The notes: generated by a model from the letters alone, not told the origin. A stretch of DNA of 64,000 nt from Eledone cirrhosa (GCA_964016885.1 OZ024741.1:288176001-288240000); one strand, 5' to 3'; shown: positions 1 through 14,445, counted from the first letter of the stretch. Numbers and translations are program-made.

Positions 1-445
1 GGCAAGGCGGATCTTCTGTATTACTGCATAGCGCCAAAGATCTCGGTCCAGTGACATTGTCTTAGAGAGGTGTAAGTGTGTAAGGTTGGAATTTATCAAG
101 TCGTCCCAGATTTTTTTCTGGGTCTACCTACTCCGTAACTACCATCAATTTTGATCGCCCTGCACTTTTTTTATACAGCTGTCGTCTTTCATGCGCATCA
201 CGTGGCCATACCAACGTAGTCTTCTCTCGAGTAAACAGCATCTGATCTCTCTTATTCCTAATTTCTCACTTAGTTCACTTATGCTTTGCTGTTCACGTAT
301 ATTACTATTACACATCCAACGGAGCATGCATGCTTCGTTCCTTTCCAGTCTACGCAGGTCCTCTGCACGCAATGCCCATGTCTCACTGCCATGTAGCATT
401 GCTGTTCGTATGCAGGCATCATACAATCTGCCTTTCATTTTTATA
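1..445 (-). mobile_element. RTE-clade LINE fragment (C-terminal part of ORF), cut by window edge
   Basis: ORF 145..498 reads [23 protein letters not shown]...[12 protein letters not shown], near-identical to the C-terminus of ORF 22247..24628; 5' side ends in (TA)n. Confidence 0.9.
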
Positions 446-499
446 TATATATATATAAATAGTAAATAACTATATGGTTGTATCAAACACACACACATA

Positions 500-950
500 T
501 AAATAAAAGATTGGAGGCCATATTCAGTTCGTTCAGGTTTATTTAAAACTCCATTATATATGGTTCACTGAGGACTATCAGTTTAGATAGCCTGGGCTCT
601 TCAGACGGCAAAACCTAAAATAAACATTGTAAGTTCCCAATAAACCTTTAAATTTGGAAAAATCCAATAATTTCCCCACCAAAAATGTTCTTTTCATGAT
701 ACAGGGGCCAAATGTGTGGTGTTGTTTCTTCGACGGACGGCCCCTGTATCAGCCCTCAGTGAAATTTGTATAACAGAGTTTTAAATAAACTCGAACTAAC
801 TGAATATGGCCTCTGATCTTTTAATTAATATATAGCCCCATCGTGTACCATTTATACAGGTTGTTGAATGCTTCTTTTTATCTGCTTCACAACTGACAGA
901 TCATAATGTGATCAGTACACCCCTATTCTTTTAACCCCATACTCTAATAT
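500..950. mobile_element. PLE terminal (pseudo-LTR-like) remnant with inverted duplication
   Basis: ~505-553 is an imperfect reverse complement of ~776-825; degenerate hammerhead-like motif on minus strand at 551-608; flanked by TA/CA repeats. Confidence 0.5.
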
Positions 951-1444
951 ATATATATATATACACACACTTATGTAATATATATATATATATATATATA
1001 TATACTTATGGTAAACATGTTGACTATTTGGGGTTGTGTATGTAATGCACCAATCAGTGAATAATGATGCAATTTGATTTAAGCACCCAACATCATGTAT
1101 TTTCTTACAAATATGATTTGTCAGTCAGGAAACAGACTTTGGCTATGAAAACATAATCTCTGTATGTTCCATTGCATTTAGATTGGATTTCCTTGAAAAT
1201 GGAACCCTATTACATAAGATGCTGTCTGATGATATCGTGTGACTGGTTGTATTAATTGAACAATCATGTAGCCACAATTATCATTGAAATATGTATCACA
1301 GTTGTGTTAATAAAGGACTTTTTAACATCTACACCGAACTTCCCATTTTCCTCATTCTATATATATATATGCAAAAAGCAAACAGAAATAACAAAGCAAA
1401 TGACATAGTACAATGAAGAAATATATTAGTTTTACACTTGAAAT

Positions 1445-1661
1445 AAAAAACAGTCCACGCTATAATGTGGCCGTGTAAGTAACACAGTAAAAAGTTCCCA
1501 GTTCCACACTGGAAGGGCATCCAGCCGTAGAAAACCTGCCAGATAGTCCTACATGAGCGAGACATGGTCACCCGACCAACCTTGCCTCAAGTGGGACAAC
1601 TCCCGTCTAATCCATGCTAGTGTGGAAGATAGACGTTAAACGATGATGATGATGATGATGA
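1445..1661 (+). mobile_element. RTE/SINE 3' tail fragment ending in (GAT)n
   Basis: GGAAGGGCATCCAGCCGTAGAAAACC...CCATGCTAGTGTGGAAGATAGACGTTAAACGATGATGATG, shared with many copies in the window. Confidence 0.8.
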
Positions 1662-1673
1662 TATTAGTTAAAG

Positions 1674-1710
1674 AATCTTAAAGTTTCAGAAGCTAGTCCT
1701 TCATCAGAAA
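1674..1710 (-). ncRNA. Degenerate minimal hammerhead-like motif
   Basis: Minus strand CTGATGA-AGGA-CTAGC-TTCT-GAAAC; stems I and III are poor. Confidence 0.4.
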
Positions 1711-2074
1711 ATAGAATGAGAAATTGAAGATGAAATAGAAAGATAGAGGAGAGTGAGCAGTGGTAAAAATGGATAAAAATTTCATTGAGAATAAACAGGT
1801 ATATTCAGGTTGCCCTCTCATATATATATATACATATATCTATACAAAATACACATATAGTTAACTCAAGTGAAATTGCCAGCAAGAATATTAAGCTTGA
1901 GTTGTTTATGTTATTACAGATAGAAATATAGAGGAGAAGAGTTTTTTAAGAGAAGAAGAAAATAGTATATTTAACAAATTAAGATGACGGCTAAAAGTTC
2001 TTTACAATTGTTTCAACACAAATCTCAGTATAATACATAGCTAGGATGGACAAAACAGAAAAAAACCCCAATAA

Positions 2075-2322
2075 TAATGATTTCTACTAAAGGCACAAGG
2101 CCAGCAATTTTGGGGGAGGGGAAAGTCGATTAAATCGATCCTAGTGCTTTACTGGTACTTTATTTTATCGACCATGGCAAAGTTAACTTTGGTGGGATTT
2201 GATCTCAGGCTGTAAAGGGATGTAACTGTATACTGCAAAGCATGGTGTCCAACACTCTACCGATACTACTAATCCACTATATAATTGTTTCTACTTTTGG
2301 CACAAGGCCAGCAATTATCCCT
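2075..2322 (-). mobile_element. tRNA-derived SINE family A (central CCTTTCATCC...GGTCGATAAAATAAAGTACCAGT domain), degraded
   Basis: Reverse complement of the family typified by 28865-29052. Confidence 0.7.
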
Positions 2323-2399
2323 TAATAATAATAATACATTTTTTCTCCATTTTTTCCATTTCTCTAGCAATCGGTTTCTAGGTGAAGCGTGTTAATAGG

Positions 2400-2919
2400 C
2401 TTGATCTCAGAGGCTCAATATATCATGTAGGATACTGGCAGTGCCAGTGATAGTAGACATTTTGGTACTGCCAAAAAAGTTGGGGATCCCAAGGCTTTTG
2501 ATGAAAAGATGTAAGGTATTTAGGGACCGTGCCTAGTGCTCAATGACAACTTGCTCTCTCTACATGGTGCTTAGTTCTAGCAGTGCCTACAAAGTCTGCA
2601 TACTTATTGGTCTTTTCCATTTTCTTTTCAACCACATTGTAGTCTTGGAAGACTGTAATATCAATTAGTGTCCATTTTGGGAGTTGTTTGTTTTTACAAA
2701 GATATCAGGGCAGTTATGTTGGCCTTTGTGGTCTTGATATCAAGGTCCAAAAATAACTCTACTCCCTCACCTGATAGGCAGAATTCAAGAGGAGTATGTT
2801 TATACCACTGACATTGCGTTTCTATGTTGTATTTTTTGCAATATCTCCCAATGGACTCTTGCTATAAGATCATGTCGGATTTTATAACATCTTTTTGCTA
2901 ATTGCTCACAACCACTAGC

Positions 2920-2922
<3 letters not shown>
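2400..2922 (-). mobile_element. R4/Dong-like (restriction-like endonuclease) non-LTR retrotransposon 3' remnant
   Basis: Minus strand translates ASGCEQLAKRCYKIRHDLIAR..HWE (end of CCHC knuckle plus RHD) then degraded LWD/PDI and VVIEH.G motifs; homologous to 47275-47516. Confidence 0.65.
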
Positions 2923-2951
<29 letters not shown>

Positions 2952-3349
2952 AAACACAGGGAAGAATATGAATATATTAAACCTATCAAGTATAATGAAA
3001 GATGTATCTCATAGGAGGTAATAAATTAACCAATGTCAGATAAGACCGTGAAAGCTGGTACAGAAAATAGAATGTTGCTCTGTTGAAGACTACCTGGAAA
3101 AAATGTAGCCCAACCCATGCAAGTGTGGAAAAACAGATGTAAAAATGATGAGGACCCGACGGCTGAGCTCTTACTGTTTTGATAGCAAATTTTAGACTGG
3201 GGATAAAACTCCCTGTTGTGAATAAGCTGTCTCATCATGGGTATGGCCTAAGATGATTGACAAGTCTATAAGTGGATAAGCTGTTAAGGAAAGGATATTG
3301 GTTCTTTGAAGGCCATTCATGTAAGTTCTTAGCTGTTGGGTTCCTGAAT

Positions 3350-5325
3350 CATCATCATCGTCATCATTGTTTAATGTCTATCTTCCACGTTAGCATGGGT
3401 TGGATGGGAGTTGTCCCAATTTGAGGCAAGGTTGGTTGGGTGACCGTGTCTCGCTCGTATAGGACTATCTGGCAGGTTTTCTACGGCTGGATGCCCTTCC
3501 TAACATCAACGACATTTACAGTGTGGACTGGGAACTTTTTACCATGTTACCTACATGGCCACATTACAGCGTGTACTGTGTTTTTTTGTCGTGACACCTA
3601 CACGATCTCGATCTCATTATCTCATTTATTTGGACTGGATGTTGTGGTACCAACTTTACAGAGAAAGGGTGGTGTTGGTGGGAGTGGGAGGATGGAGTAG
3701 GGGTAGTGGATTGGGGTGAATATTTGGTTAAGAGGTGCCTACTGACTGTAGGTTTCACTTTGTACATAGGCAAGGTAGGTCTTCTGTATTACTGTGTGGC
3801 GCCAAAGATCTCGGTCCAGTGACATTGTCTTAGAGAGGTGTAAGTGTGTAAGGTCGGAATTTATCAAATCGTCCCAGGTTTTTCTGGGTCTACCTACTCC
3901 GTAACTTCCATCAATTTTGATTGCCCTGCACTTTTTTATACAGCTGTCGTCTTTCATGCGCATCACGTGACCATACCAACGTAGTCTTCTCTCAAGTAAA
4001 CAGCATCTGATCCATCTTATTCCTAATTTCTCACTTAGCTCATTTATGTTTTGCCGTTCATGAATATTACTATTACACATCCAACAGAGCATCGTTCCTT
4101 TCCAGTCTGCACAGGTCCTCTGCACGCAATGCCCATGTCTCACTGCCATGTAGCATTGCTGTTCATATACAGGCATCATATAATTTGGCTTTCATCTTTA
4201 GAGAGAAACCTTTTGTGGCCAACAGCGGTATAAGCTCTCTGAACTTTTTCCATCCCGTTCTAACTCTGGCTACTGTACTTTCAGAGCACCCTCCACCACT
4301 GCTGATTTTGTCACCCAGGTAACGGAAAGTGTCCACTATTTCTATAGAACTTCTACCTACTCCTTTCCTACACCTGTGCCCTATTTTCCTTTTTACATAC
4401 TAGAACTTTAGTCTTAGACAAGTTAATTTTAAGGCCTTTTGATTCTAGGCCATGCTTCCATGTTTGGAATTTTTTCTCTAGTTCAGTCATAGATTCAGCT
4501 ATGAGAGTTAGATCATCTGCGTATAGGAGTTTCCGTGGGCAGCCGGTCTTAAGCTCCTCGGTTATAGCCTCAAGGGCAATAATAAATAGGAGGGAGCTAA
4601 GAACAGCCTTGATGAACACCAACTTTTACACTAAATTCTTCACTATATTCATTGTTAATTCTAACCTTACTGACTGTTTCTTTATACATGGCTTGTATAG
4701 TTCTCACAACCCATTCCTCTACACCTCATTTTCTAAGAGCCCACCAGATAATGGAGCGGGGGACTCTGTCAAAGGCTTTCTCCAGGTCTACAAAAGCTAA
4801 GTAGAGGGGTTTACTTTTAGCTAGGTACTTCTCCTGTGGATGTCGTACAAGGAAAAGAACATCTGTGGTACTTTTACCTGACACAAACCCGAACTGCATT
4901 TCACCTAGATCAATTTGCTCTCTGATTAGTTGCGCTATAACTCTTTCTGTGACCTTCATGACCTGGTCAACTAACTTAATGCCTCTATAGTTTCCCCTAT
5001 CTAGAGCATCCCCTTTACCCTTGCAACAGTTAATGATGATGCTGCTATGGCAGTCTTTTGGTATGACCCCATTCTGTATTACTTGGTTTACTATCTGGGT
5101 GTCCCACCATTCCAGATGCTTTCAACATCTCAGCAACTATCTCAGAAGGCCCAGCTGCCTTGCCTGTCTTCATATCTTTGATTGTCTTTCTTATTATACT
5201 ACCTTTGACTTGCATCGCTGGTCCTTCTATTAGATCGATTTGGGGTAGACTATCTTTTTCCCATTTATTCTCCTCATTTAGTAGTCTCTCGTAGTAACAC
5301 TTCCAAGCTACTTTCTTATCAGTAA
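3350..5325 (-). mobile_element. Degraded RTE LINE with long 3' UTR and (GAT)n tail
   Basis: Frameshifted ORFs with [34 protein letters not shown]; collinear with 21855-24683; PHD segment largely deleted near 4340-4375. Confidence 0.92.
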
Positions 5326-5494
5326 ACTCTAATATATTTACACTCTACTATCCCAAGTATCGGGTACTCTGATGAATAATGTCTTACTAGTTTAAAATTT
5401 GTAAAATCCTAAAAAAACTCATAGCGAAAGGTCTTCTAAATGTTTTTAATTAAACATACAGTATATTGCCAAATCATCACCACCACCTAGATTA

Positions 5495-7780
5495 CTACTG
5501 CCAACTTTCCCTGTACATCTACTGCATACGTAGTTTTCCCTACCTGTTAGTTTGCCAGCTATCCCACTACATCTCTTGTGTACCCAAGATCAGCATTGTG
5601 TGCATTTTATAGAATTTATGCCAGTTCCTTTTCTACATATCGAACATGGCCATTTCCCTGATGGAATCAGAGTATTGTCCTCTCTTCTACTTATCAACAC
5701 TTTTGTTTTAGCTATGTTCCCTCTCAGGCCTCTTGATTCCAACTGCTGTTTCCATTGCCAGAATTTATTCTCTAGCTCCTCTACTGATTCTGCTATAAGA
5801 ACAAGATCATCAACATAGAGAAGTTCCCATCGGCATCCAGTCTTAAACTCTTCTGTTATGACTTGGAGGACTATAATGAACAAGAGTGGGCTGAGGACCA
5901 AACCCTGATGTACACCAACTTGTATCTGGGATTCCTCACTAAACTCCATTTATATTTTCACTTTACTGACATCACCCCTGTACATAGCTTGCACTGTCCT
6001 CACAAGCCATTCCTCTACACCTTGTTTCCTTAGGGATCACCAGATGACAGATCGGGGTACCCTATCAAAGGCCTTATGTCAACAAAAGCTAAGTATAGTA
6101 GCTTATTCTTCTCTAAGAACTTCTCTTGTAGTTGCCTCACTAAGAAGAGGGTATCTATTGTACTCTTACGAGGCACAAAACCAAACTGCATCTCATCTAA
6201 TTTGACCCTTTCTCTAGTCAGTTGCGCTAATATTCTCTCTGCCACTTTCATAACCTGATCCATTAGCTTTATGCCCCTATAATTGCTCCTCTCTAGAGCA
6301 TCCCCATTACCTTTGTAGCAATTTATGAGAATACTGCTGCACCAGTCTTTGGGTATGACACCACTATATATAGCTTGATTAATGAGGCGTGCAACTAGTT
6401 TAGTGCCTACTTCTCCTGATGCCTTCAGCATCTCAGCAACTATCCCCGACGGTCCAGCAGCCTTACCATTCTTCATTTCCTTAATTGCCTCTTGTACCCT
6501 ATATTCATCAATCTCAATAGCTGGTCCCTCTGCCGAGTCTACTGGGAGTAATTTCTCTCTGTCCCATTCCTCAGTCTCTCATAATGACATTTCCAGGCCT
6601 CCTTTTTTTGATCATTCGTGACACTAAGTACACCGGCATCATTCCGGACACCCTTATCTCCAACAACATCACATTTGCACAGACACACTGCATTGCAATG
6701 AGGAACACTGCATGTCTCTGATCTTCCCGTCGCAGAACATTGGCAAACCTCCTACCCTCAGCCTCCCTGCGTGCTAAGTACACCTGACGTCTAGCTTCTC
6801 TCTTAGTGGCTGTGTATCCTTCTCTATTCCCACCATTTTCCAAGCTTTCCATGCCAGTCTTTTGCCTCTAATGGTCCTATCTACCGTGCTGTTCCACCAC
6901 CAGGTCACTCTCTGTCTGGTTGAAGCTCTGCCCCAACCACAAGTTTCTTCAGTAGCCTGCAGTAAGTTGTCACGCAAGAAATTCCAGTTATCATCTATGT
7001 CATACAACTCTAAATCATCATCTTTTTCGTCGTAGACATCTTGAAGGGCTTTCCTAAATTTATATTTTAATGAAAGGTCTTTTAGCTTCCAGACTTTTCT
7101 TTTCCACACTTTCCTGTATGTCTCATTCTTTCTCTTGTCTACTGAGATGTCACTAACGACTAACCTATGCTGTGGGGTACATTCTTCCCCAGGGTATGTC
7201 TTAGTATTTGACACCATCTGTCTATCTCGCTATCTAACTAGCAGGAAATCAATCTGGCTTATGTGCTCGCCTGATTTGTAGGTTATTAGGTGGTTGGTCG
7301 GCTTCTGGAAGTTAGTGTTGCAAATGGTTAGTACATCACAAAATTCAAGAAGCCTCACTCCTTTATTTCTTGAGCTGTAACTGTGCCCACCATGTACCCC
7401 AGTGTATCCATCCTGGAGCTGTCCAACATGTCCATTGAAGTCCCCTGCTAGCATAACGATGTCTCTGTCCTCTGTCATTGAGGCTGTTTGTAAAAGTTGC
7501 TCGTAAAAGCAGTCTTTCTCTTCTTTACCTAGGCCTGCCTGGGGAACATAGGCAGAGATGATTGTCAGTAGTTTCTTGCCTACAACTAACCTAAGCTTAA
7601 TTATTCTATTACTAACTCTAACTACCTCTATTGTCTTATTGATCCATCTTTCAGCCAGTAATATGCCCACCCCACCTAACCCATCATCATTACCCACCCC
7701 AAAAAGCTTATAACTATGATGTTTGCCTGCGAATAGTCTTGCAGAGGCACCTCTCCATCTCACCTCTTACACACAGCAAA
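5495..7780 (-). mobile_element. Degraded RTE LINE (second family) including AP-endonuclease region
   Basis: ORF 7230..7763 has GVGILL, IISAYVPQ, AGDFNGHVG, SQIDFLL (APE); downstream fragments have RT motifs HQGLVLSPLLF, YVDD and the start of the PHD finger. Confidence 0.92.
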
Positions 7781-7789
7781 TTTTACAAG

Positions 7790-8361
7790 TATTAGACCCC
7801 GGGAGTATCAACATGTAATTTTTATTTTCATTTGGATTAAAACAATATAACATTTTATCTAAAATATTTCTAGAGTCAACTATAGTAAACCACCACCACC
7901 ACATTTTGTATATGAGTGTGTATGTGAGTTGGTGTGTGTGTTTGCGAGTTTGTTACGTACGCTAGGCATCAGAGAATTAAACACACACACACACATCTAC
8001 ACATACATATAGCCTTAGTAAGTTGCATACACATTATCTTCACACAGAGAATTAAACACATACTGTCTGAGTATATGTATATGAGAGTGTATGTGTGTGA
8101 GTGTGTAGCAACAATTTATTTATTCATTTGGACACAAACAAAAAAACGACACAATGAATATTGTTTACCCTAAGGTGCTTCAAGATTGACAGATTTTCAT
8201 TTCTTAATTCTATTACCATTACAATTTTGATATTTTTTTAATATAAAATATAGATATTTTGAAACAATTATGAGAAAAAAAAACATACCTTCATATTTAT
8301 TGTTTACTAATCTGAATAAGAACACAGCAGTAACCCGGGCAACTCCGGGTAATTCAGCTAG
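7790..8361 (+). mobile_element. Helitron-type non-autonomous element, 3' terminus (5' boundary uncertain)
   Basis: Hairpin ACCCGG-GCAACT-CCGGGT (8333-8350) shortly upstream of CTAG (8358-8361) followed by T: canonical Helitron 3' end. Confidence 0.6.
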
Positions 8362-8371
8362 TATATATATA

Positions 8372-8675
8372 ATATAGAGAAGAGAATACACGAAAGAGTG
8401 TGTTATCAATTACATTCTCTTTGAGTCTGTACAGGTATGGTATAGTTATAAAAGTGAGTTATGCATTTTAATTTATCTCTTTAATCATAATATATTTTCC
8501 TTACCTTTCATAGTTTTTATGTTTTTCATTCCAGTGACCTTATACCCACTGTAATTGATAACACACTCTTTCGTGCATTCTTCTCTCTATATTGTATTTT
8601 GATGAGCCCAGTAATTTTCCCTTGAGCTCATTAAGTTACAGGGTTAAATGTGAGTCCTTAACTCTGTTGTTTCAT
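8372..8675. repeat. Inverted duplication in a probable PLE-end remnant
   Basis: GAATACACGAAAGAGTGTGTTATCAATTAC (~8383-8413) vs GTAATTGATAACACACTCTTTCGTGCATTC (~8551-8580); flanked by (TA)n. Confidence 0.55.
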
Positions 8676-9344
8676 TTGATATATATATATAATCCTCATC
8701 ATCACCGTTTTCTGTCCATTCTTCCATGCTAGCATGGGTTAGACGGGTCGTCCTGTTGTTAGCAATGCCAGGTCGGGTGACCTGGTCTTGCTCATACGGG
8801 AAATCATACTTATATATATTTCTCATTTGCTATTGGAACGGTAGAAGCATAACTGTAGAGCAGGGAATACTTATAATAATATCCACACTATACCTTTCTT
8901 AAGTAGTGAGTACTAAGTTGAATAATGCTGATATATATATTTATATAATACACACACATACATATTTACACACGCACATACACTCATATATTTATCTTTG
9001 AGAATTTGGGTTCCTCTCTCAGTGTGAATGAGGGTAACCGAATTTATGTGTGTGCGTGTGTAAGGTGTAATAATATTTTTCTAAATATAACAGAAAAACA
9101 AAACAAAAAATAAACTAATGAAAGCCACAACAAAAATAGACTAAAGTAATGTGTATGTGAATTCGTGTGTATGTCTGTATATGTGTGTGTGTATGTATGT
9201 AAATGTGTGAGCATGTGTATATATATGTGTGTGTGTATGTGTTTGTATATATCATCATGGCTACATATATAAATATATATATATATATGTGTGTGTGCAT
9301 GTGTGTACGTGTGTGGTGTTTGTATATATCATCATGTCTATAAC

Positions 9345-9375
<31 letters not shown>

Positions 9376-10274
9376 ATGTTTGTATATATCATCATCGTCA
9401 TTAAACAACCAGTTTGCCTGTTACTATATGTGCATATGCATGTATATGTATGTATGTATGTATGTGTGTGTGTATTTTTTTCTGGTAAAAATATTTTCCC
9501 AGAAAAAAGAAAAAGAAAAGAAATGGAACAAAATAGTAAAAAAAAAAGCAAGCCCACCAAAAATAACAAATACTGTTAACTAACTTACAGAAGCTAGTAA
9601 CCAACTGGCCTGTAGGTTAGACTAAATACCATCATTGGTGGAAATTTGGCAGAAGTGTTAGAACATCAAATATAATATCTTGTGATCTCTGCTCTGGCTC
9701 CTAGTGTTCCGAGTTCAAATCCCACCAAGGTCAACTCACCCATTCATTCTATTGAGATTTATAAATACAGTAGCAATGTATGACTGTCGGTTGGCAGAAT
9801 TATTAGAGGATCAGACAGTATGCTGTAAAGTATTTATTCTGAACCTTTGTGTTCTGAGTTCAAATTCTATGATAGTCTACTTAATATGTTTGCTTGGAGC
9901 GACTTTAACAGAATTCACTTTGTTGTAAGCTTTCAGGCTAGGTTTTCAATTTAAGGACATCTTCCTCCCTTCCTCCCGTAAGTCCTGGAGGTCCCTGAAA
10001 AGGGGCCATGAGCACTGCACTTCTAATTTTGGATAATTAGTTGAAACAAAAAGGAAAACATAACATCTAAGGGGCTTAGTAACTGAATGGCTTACAGGTT
10101 AAACTAAATACCATCATTATAAGATTTTAGGAACCAAAGAAAAAATAATTTTAAAAAAAAAATCGAAGTAGAATTCTATACTGTAAAGAAGTAAGAGAAA
10201 AGTGTCCAATGTTTTGGGCAGTAGTTTCTTTATCAAGGAAAAGCAGCAGAAGTTCTATGGAAACAATCTTACAA

Positions 10275-10830
10275 ATACAGGCTCTGTTGCCTGCAATACA
10301 GAAGTTAAATACTGGGACCTGACCGACTACTTCCTTTTTGTACCGGTCCCCATCGAGACCTTTGCATCCTTGGTCTCCACCCTGCTGATTTCTTCCGTAA
10401 AGTCAGAAAGACAGCGGCCCACTTGAGAAGGGAGCCCCATGAGGTGGGGTGGGGTGGCTGTTGCAGCAGGTGTCTCTGGCCATCTCCACGGTAACGCGTT
10501 TGCCATTTTGTCCATGGGCACTACTCAGACTAGAATGTAGTGTCTGTTCTTCCCCCTCTCCCTTTCTTACCTTGCTTTATCTTTCTTTCTTTTTTCCTTT
10601 TAATTTTTTTCTACTTCCTTTTCTGCTCTTTTTAATAGTGTGTTTTATTTTTATTACATACTTCTTTTTCTTCTTGCTCTTTCTAGATGAAACTAGGGCC
10701 ATGCAAGGTCAGTGAATCCAGAGGCATCATGGTGTGTAGAGCCGATATATTAGATACTGCTCAATTATTTTTATATGATATCATTAGATTTTTATGACAT
10801 TGTGAGATTTTGTATATTGAATAAATAAAT
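10275..10830 (+). mobile_element. CRE-like non-LTR retrotransposon 3' remnant
   Basis: KYWDLTDYFLFVPVPIETF...WLLQQVSLAI then GGTAACGCG (GNA) match the KY..L....F.P.A.ET.G and QRISLAI.RGNA motifs; shares 3' sequence with 55450-55985. Confidence 0.65.
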
Positions 10831-11019
10831 ACCTTATTTTAAATTAGTGTTATAATGTTGACAAATTTTGAGGAATAAATCTTATGTTGCTCAACGTTAC
10901 AGAGTTATCATGTAAGCTACATTGAGATGTACTTATAATGATTTAGCAGGTCTGTCAGTTCAAATGTTAATAGTATCTTTACTAGTGGATAGTTAGATGT
11001 GAACATTTGCAGCATTAGA

Positions 11020-11205
11020 ATAATTGTTTCTACTTTTGGCACAAGGCCAGTAATTATCACAGTGTATTACTGGTACTTTATTTTATCGACTCCGTAAGGA
11101 TGAAAAGGCAAAGTTAACCTCGGCGGAACTTGAACCCAGATCATAAAGGGCCGTAAGTCTATACTGCAAAGCATGGCGTCCGACCTTCTACCAATACTGC
11201 CAATG
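11020..11205 (-). mobile_element. SINE family A
   Basis: Full-length reverse complement of 28865-29052. Confidence 0.85.
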
Positions 11206-11462
11206 TTATGCAGTTATAGTGCCTTTTTGTACTTTACAAGGATGTTTTACAAATACAGTTTCATCTGGTATAGGCCAGTAAGAGTTAAACTCTTTGTTTT
11301 CATTTAGAATGTAAAATTTATTACCTTCTACTCCTACAGAGGAAAATAAGTGGGAGGATGAAATTCCAGAGAGTTGCAGAGTTCTGAGGAGGGGCAGAGT
11401 TCTGGGGATAAGCAGAGTGTTTAGTGCATAGTATGAGCTGAGGGTCACAGTAAGGCTGATGA

Positions 11463-11512
<50 letters not shown>

Positions 11513-11654
11513 AAGGTGACTTGGTTGCATTAGGGTATACAGCTAGCTGGTTAAGAGGAGCTTTGGATGGCCCTTATCTAGAAGAGGCTTGCTTAGTGTC
11601 GGCTTTGTTGTGTGGTACGAGAGAGACAATATAGATAACATGAAGACATGACAT

Positions 11655-11900
11655 GGTAGGTACATTGGGTGGATGAATTGATGTGGAGTACATCAAGTGG
11701 ATGAGGGGTACATCGGGTGGACGTGGGTACACTGGGTGAATGAGGGGTACATCAGGTGGATGAAGGCTACATCGGGTGGACGAAGGGTACATTAAGTGGA
11801 CAAGGAGTACATCAGGTTGATGAGGGGTAAACTGAGTGGTTAAGAGGTGCATCCGGTGAATGTGAAGCACATCTGGTAGAAGAGGGGCCCATTGGGTTTG
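11655..11900. repeat. Degenerate ~20-21 bp minisatellite (GGTGGATGAGGGGTACATCG-like)
   Basis: About ten diverged tandem units, directly upstream of an RTE-type tail (11930-11982). Confidence 0.75.
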
Positions 11901-12978
11901 ATGGGTGGCGGCATGCTGTGCTTGAAAAGACGCATCTAACCCATGCAAACATGGAAAAATAGACATACAATGATGATGATGAATAGCTACCCTAGGTTTT
12001 GTGAGCCAACCGTCACTATCAATTCACTGATGAAATACTAGTCTGTTTCTGTTCATGAATCTTGGAGACTATCAAGATAAAACATGGAACTTAGGAGTAA
12101 CTTTATATTGTCTTATACTCATGGATAGCTGTGAGCTATCTATGAAAACAAGTTAGCTTATAACTATCGATAGAAAGATATACATTGTCCATGAATAAAT
12201 ATAAGTTAGGTAAGTTAGCTTTGGTACTTACAGCTATGCAGGTCACATCAAGTCCATTTGTATATAATTCACAAACCCATGTATATAAGTCTTCCGCAAA
12301 TTTCTCATAAAGGGTAACAGTTCAGCAGGTTTTGATCTGGTATAATGTTGAGTGTTTGGGTTTGTTTTTACCAGCCCCTTACTAATTTATCCAACACACC
12401 AGTGGTGTAATGACGGAATGTTCCCAGTAGACACTGTAAAGTGGACAGTTTTAGAAGTAGCCTCCAGCTGTCGAAACTAGACCAGGCCAGGCCAGAAATG
12501 GAGCATATGAGCAAGGTGTAGTCACTTGACTGGATGGACGAGCCTCAGAACATGAAGGCCCATCTAGCCCTTGCAAACATGGAGGATGGACATTAAACAG
12601 TGATGATAACACAAGCCCCTCTTCATTTCAGCATATTTAATAACATGCAAGCTAAAGCCAGCCTCAACTTGATCTATTGCTTTCAGTGTTTATGGTTTAG
12701 CTTTTAGTCAGTTTTTTTTTTCTTTCTCAGAAACATAAAGAATTCTTTGACCAATTCTGTGCAAAATTGAATTTTCCATAAATGTACATGTTTGGTTTTG
12801 TGCATGACAACATCAATATGAGGTTGTTGATAATACAGAAATTGATCTAGACTGCATAGGGACATAATCAAACTGCTCTACATACTTAATAATTTGCCAG
12901 TGTGTGCTGTGAATTTCAAGCCCAAAAGAAGTTTTGGTAAATAAATCTATATATCTATATCTATCATCCACTATCTAT

Positions 12979-12980
<2 letters not shown>

Positions 12981-13021
<41 letters not shown>

Positions 13022-13330
13022 TCTCTCTCCCTCTCTCTCTCTCTCTATATATATATATACACACACACACATGTATATATACACATATATATATGTATAT
13101 ATATATACACACATATATATATACACATATATAATTACACATATATATATATATATACACACATATATATATATATACACATATATATACACACATATAT
13201 ATACATACACACATATATATACACATGTATATATATACACATGTATATATATACACATGTATATATATACAGATGTATATATATATACACATGTATATAT
13301 ATACATGTATATATATACACATGTATAGAT

Positions 13331-13365
<35 letters not shown>

Positions 13366-13444
13366 CACATGTATATATATATATATACACATGTATATAT
13401 ATATACACATGTATATATATATACACATAAATATATATATATAT

Positions 13445-13515
<71 letters not shown>

Positions 13516-14029
13516 TATATATATGTCTGAACATAATGTTATACTCTGGGGTCTTACCTCATCTGAGTGCTAAAGCTATAAACCGAATAAGCATACACCT
13601 TAGCTTGGCCCTATACTAGAGCTTCGTCTATGCTGTACTAAAATTTATATATATAATATATATATATATATATACACATATATATATATATACACATATA
13701 TATATATATATATACACATATATATATATATATACACATATATATATATATATATATACACATATATATATATATATACACATATATATATATATACACA
13801 TATATATATATATATACACATATATATATATATATACACATATATATACACACACATATATATATATATACACACACATATATATATATACACACACACA
13901 TATATATACACACACACACATATATATATATATACACACACACATATATATATACACATATATATATATACACATACACATATATATATATATACACATA
14001 TATATATATATACACATATATATATATAT

Positions 14030-14072
<43 letters not shown>

Positions 14073-14387
14073 TATATATATATATATACACATATATATA
14101 TATATATATACACATATATATATATATATATACACATATATATATATATATATATACACATATATATATATATATATACACATATATATATATATATATA
14201 TACACATATATATATATATATACACATATATATATATATATATACACATATATATATATACACACACATATATATATATACAATATATATATACACATAT
14301 ATATATATATACACATTTATATATATACACATATATATATATACACATATATATATATATATACACATATATATATATATACACATA

Positions 14388-14445
<58 letters not shown>

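Noticed and set aside
1010-1337. Coding-like unique sequence on the minus strand
   Set aside because: Stops in all frames and no recognisable motif; possibly an ancient repeat, unassignable
9588-9610. 21-nt minus-strand micro-exon (CAG|...|GTAAGT)
   Set aside because: Weak polypyrimidine tract and a similar sequence at ~10075-10120 suggest a repeat; no supporting context
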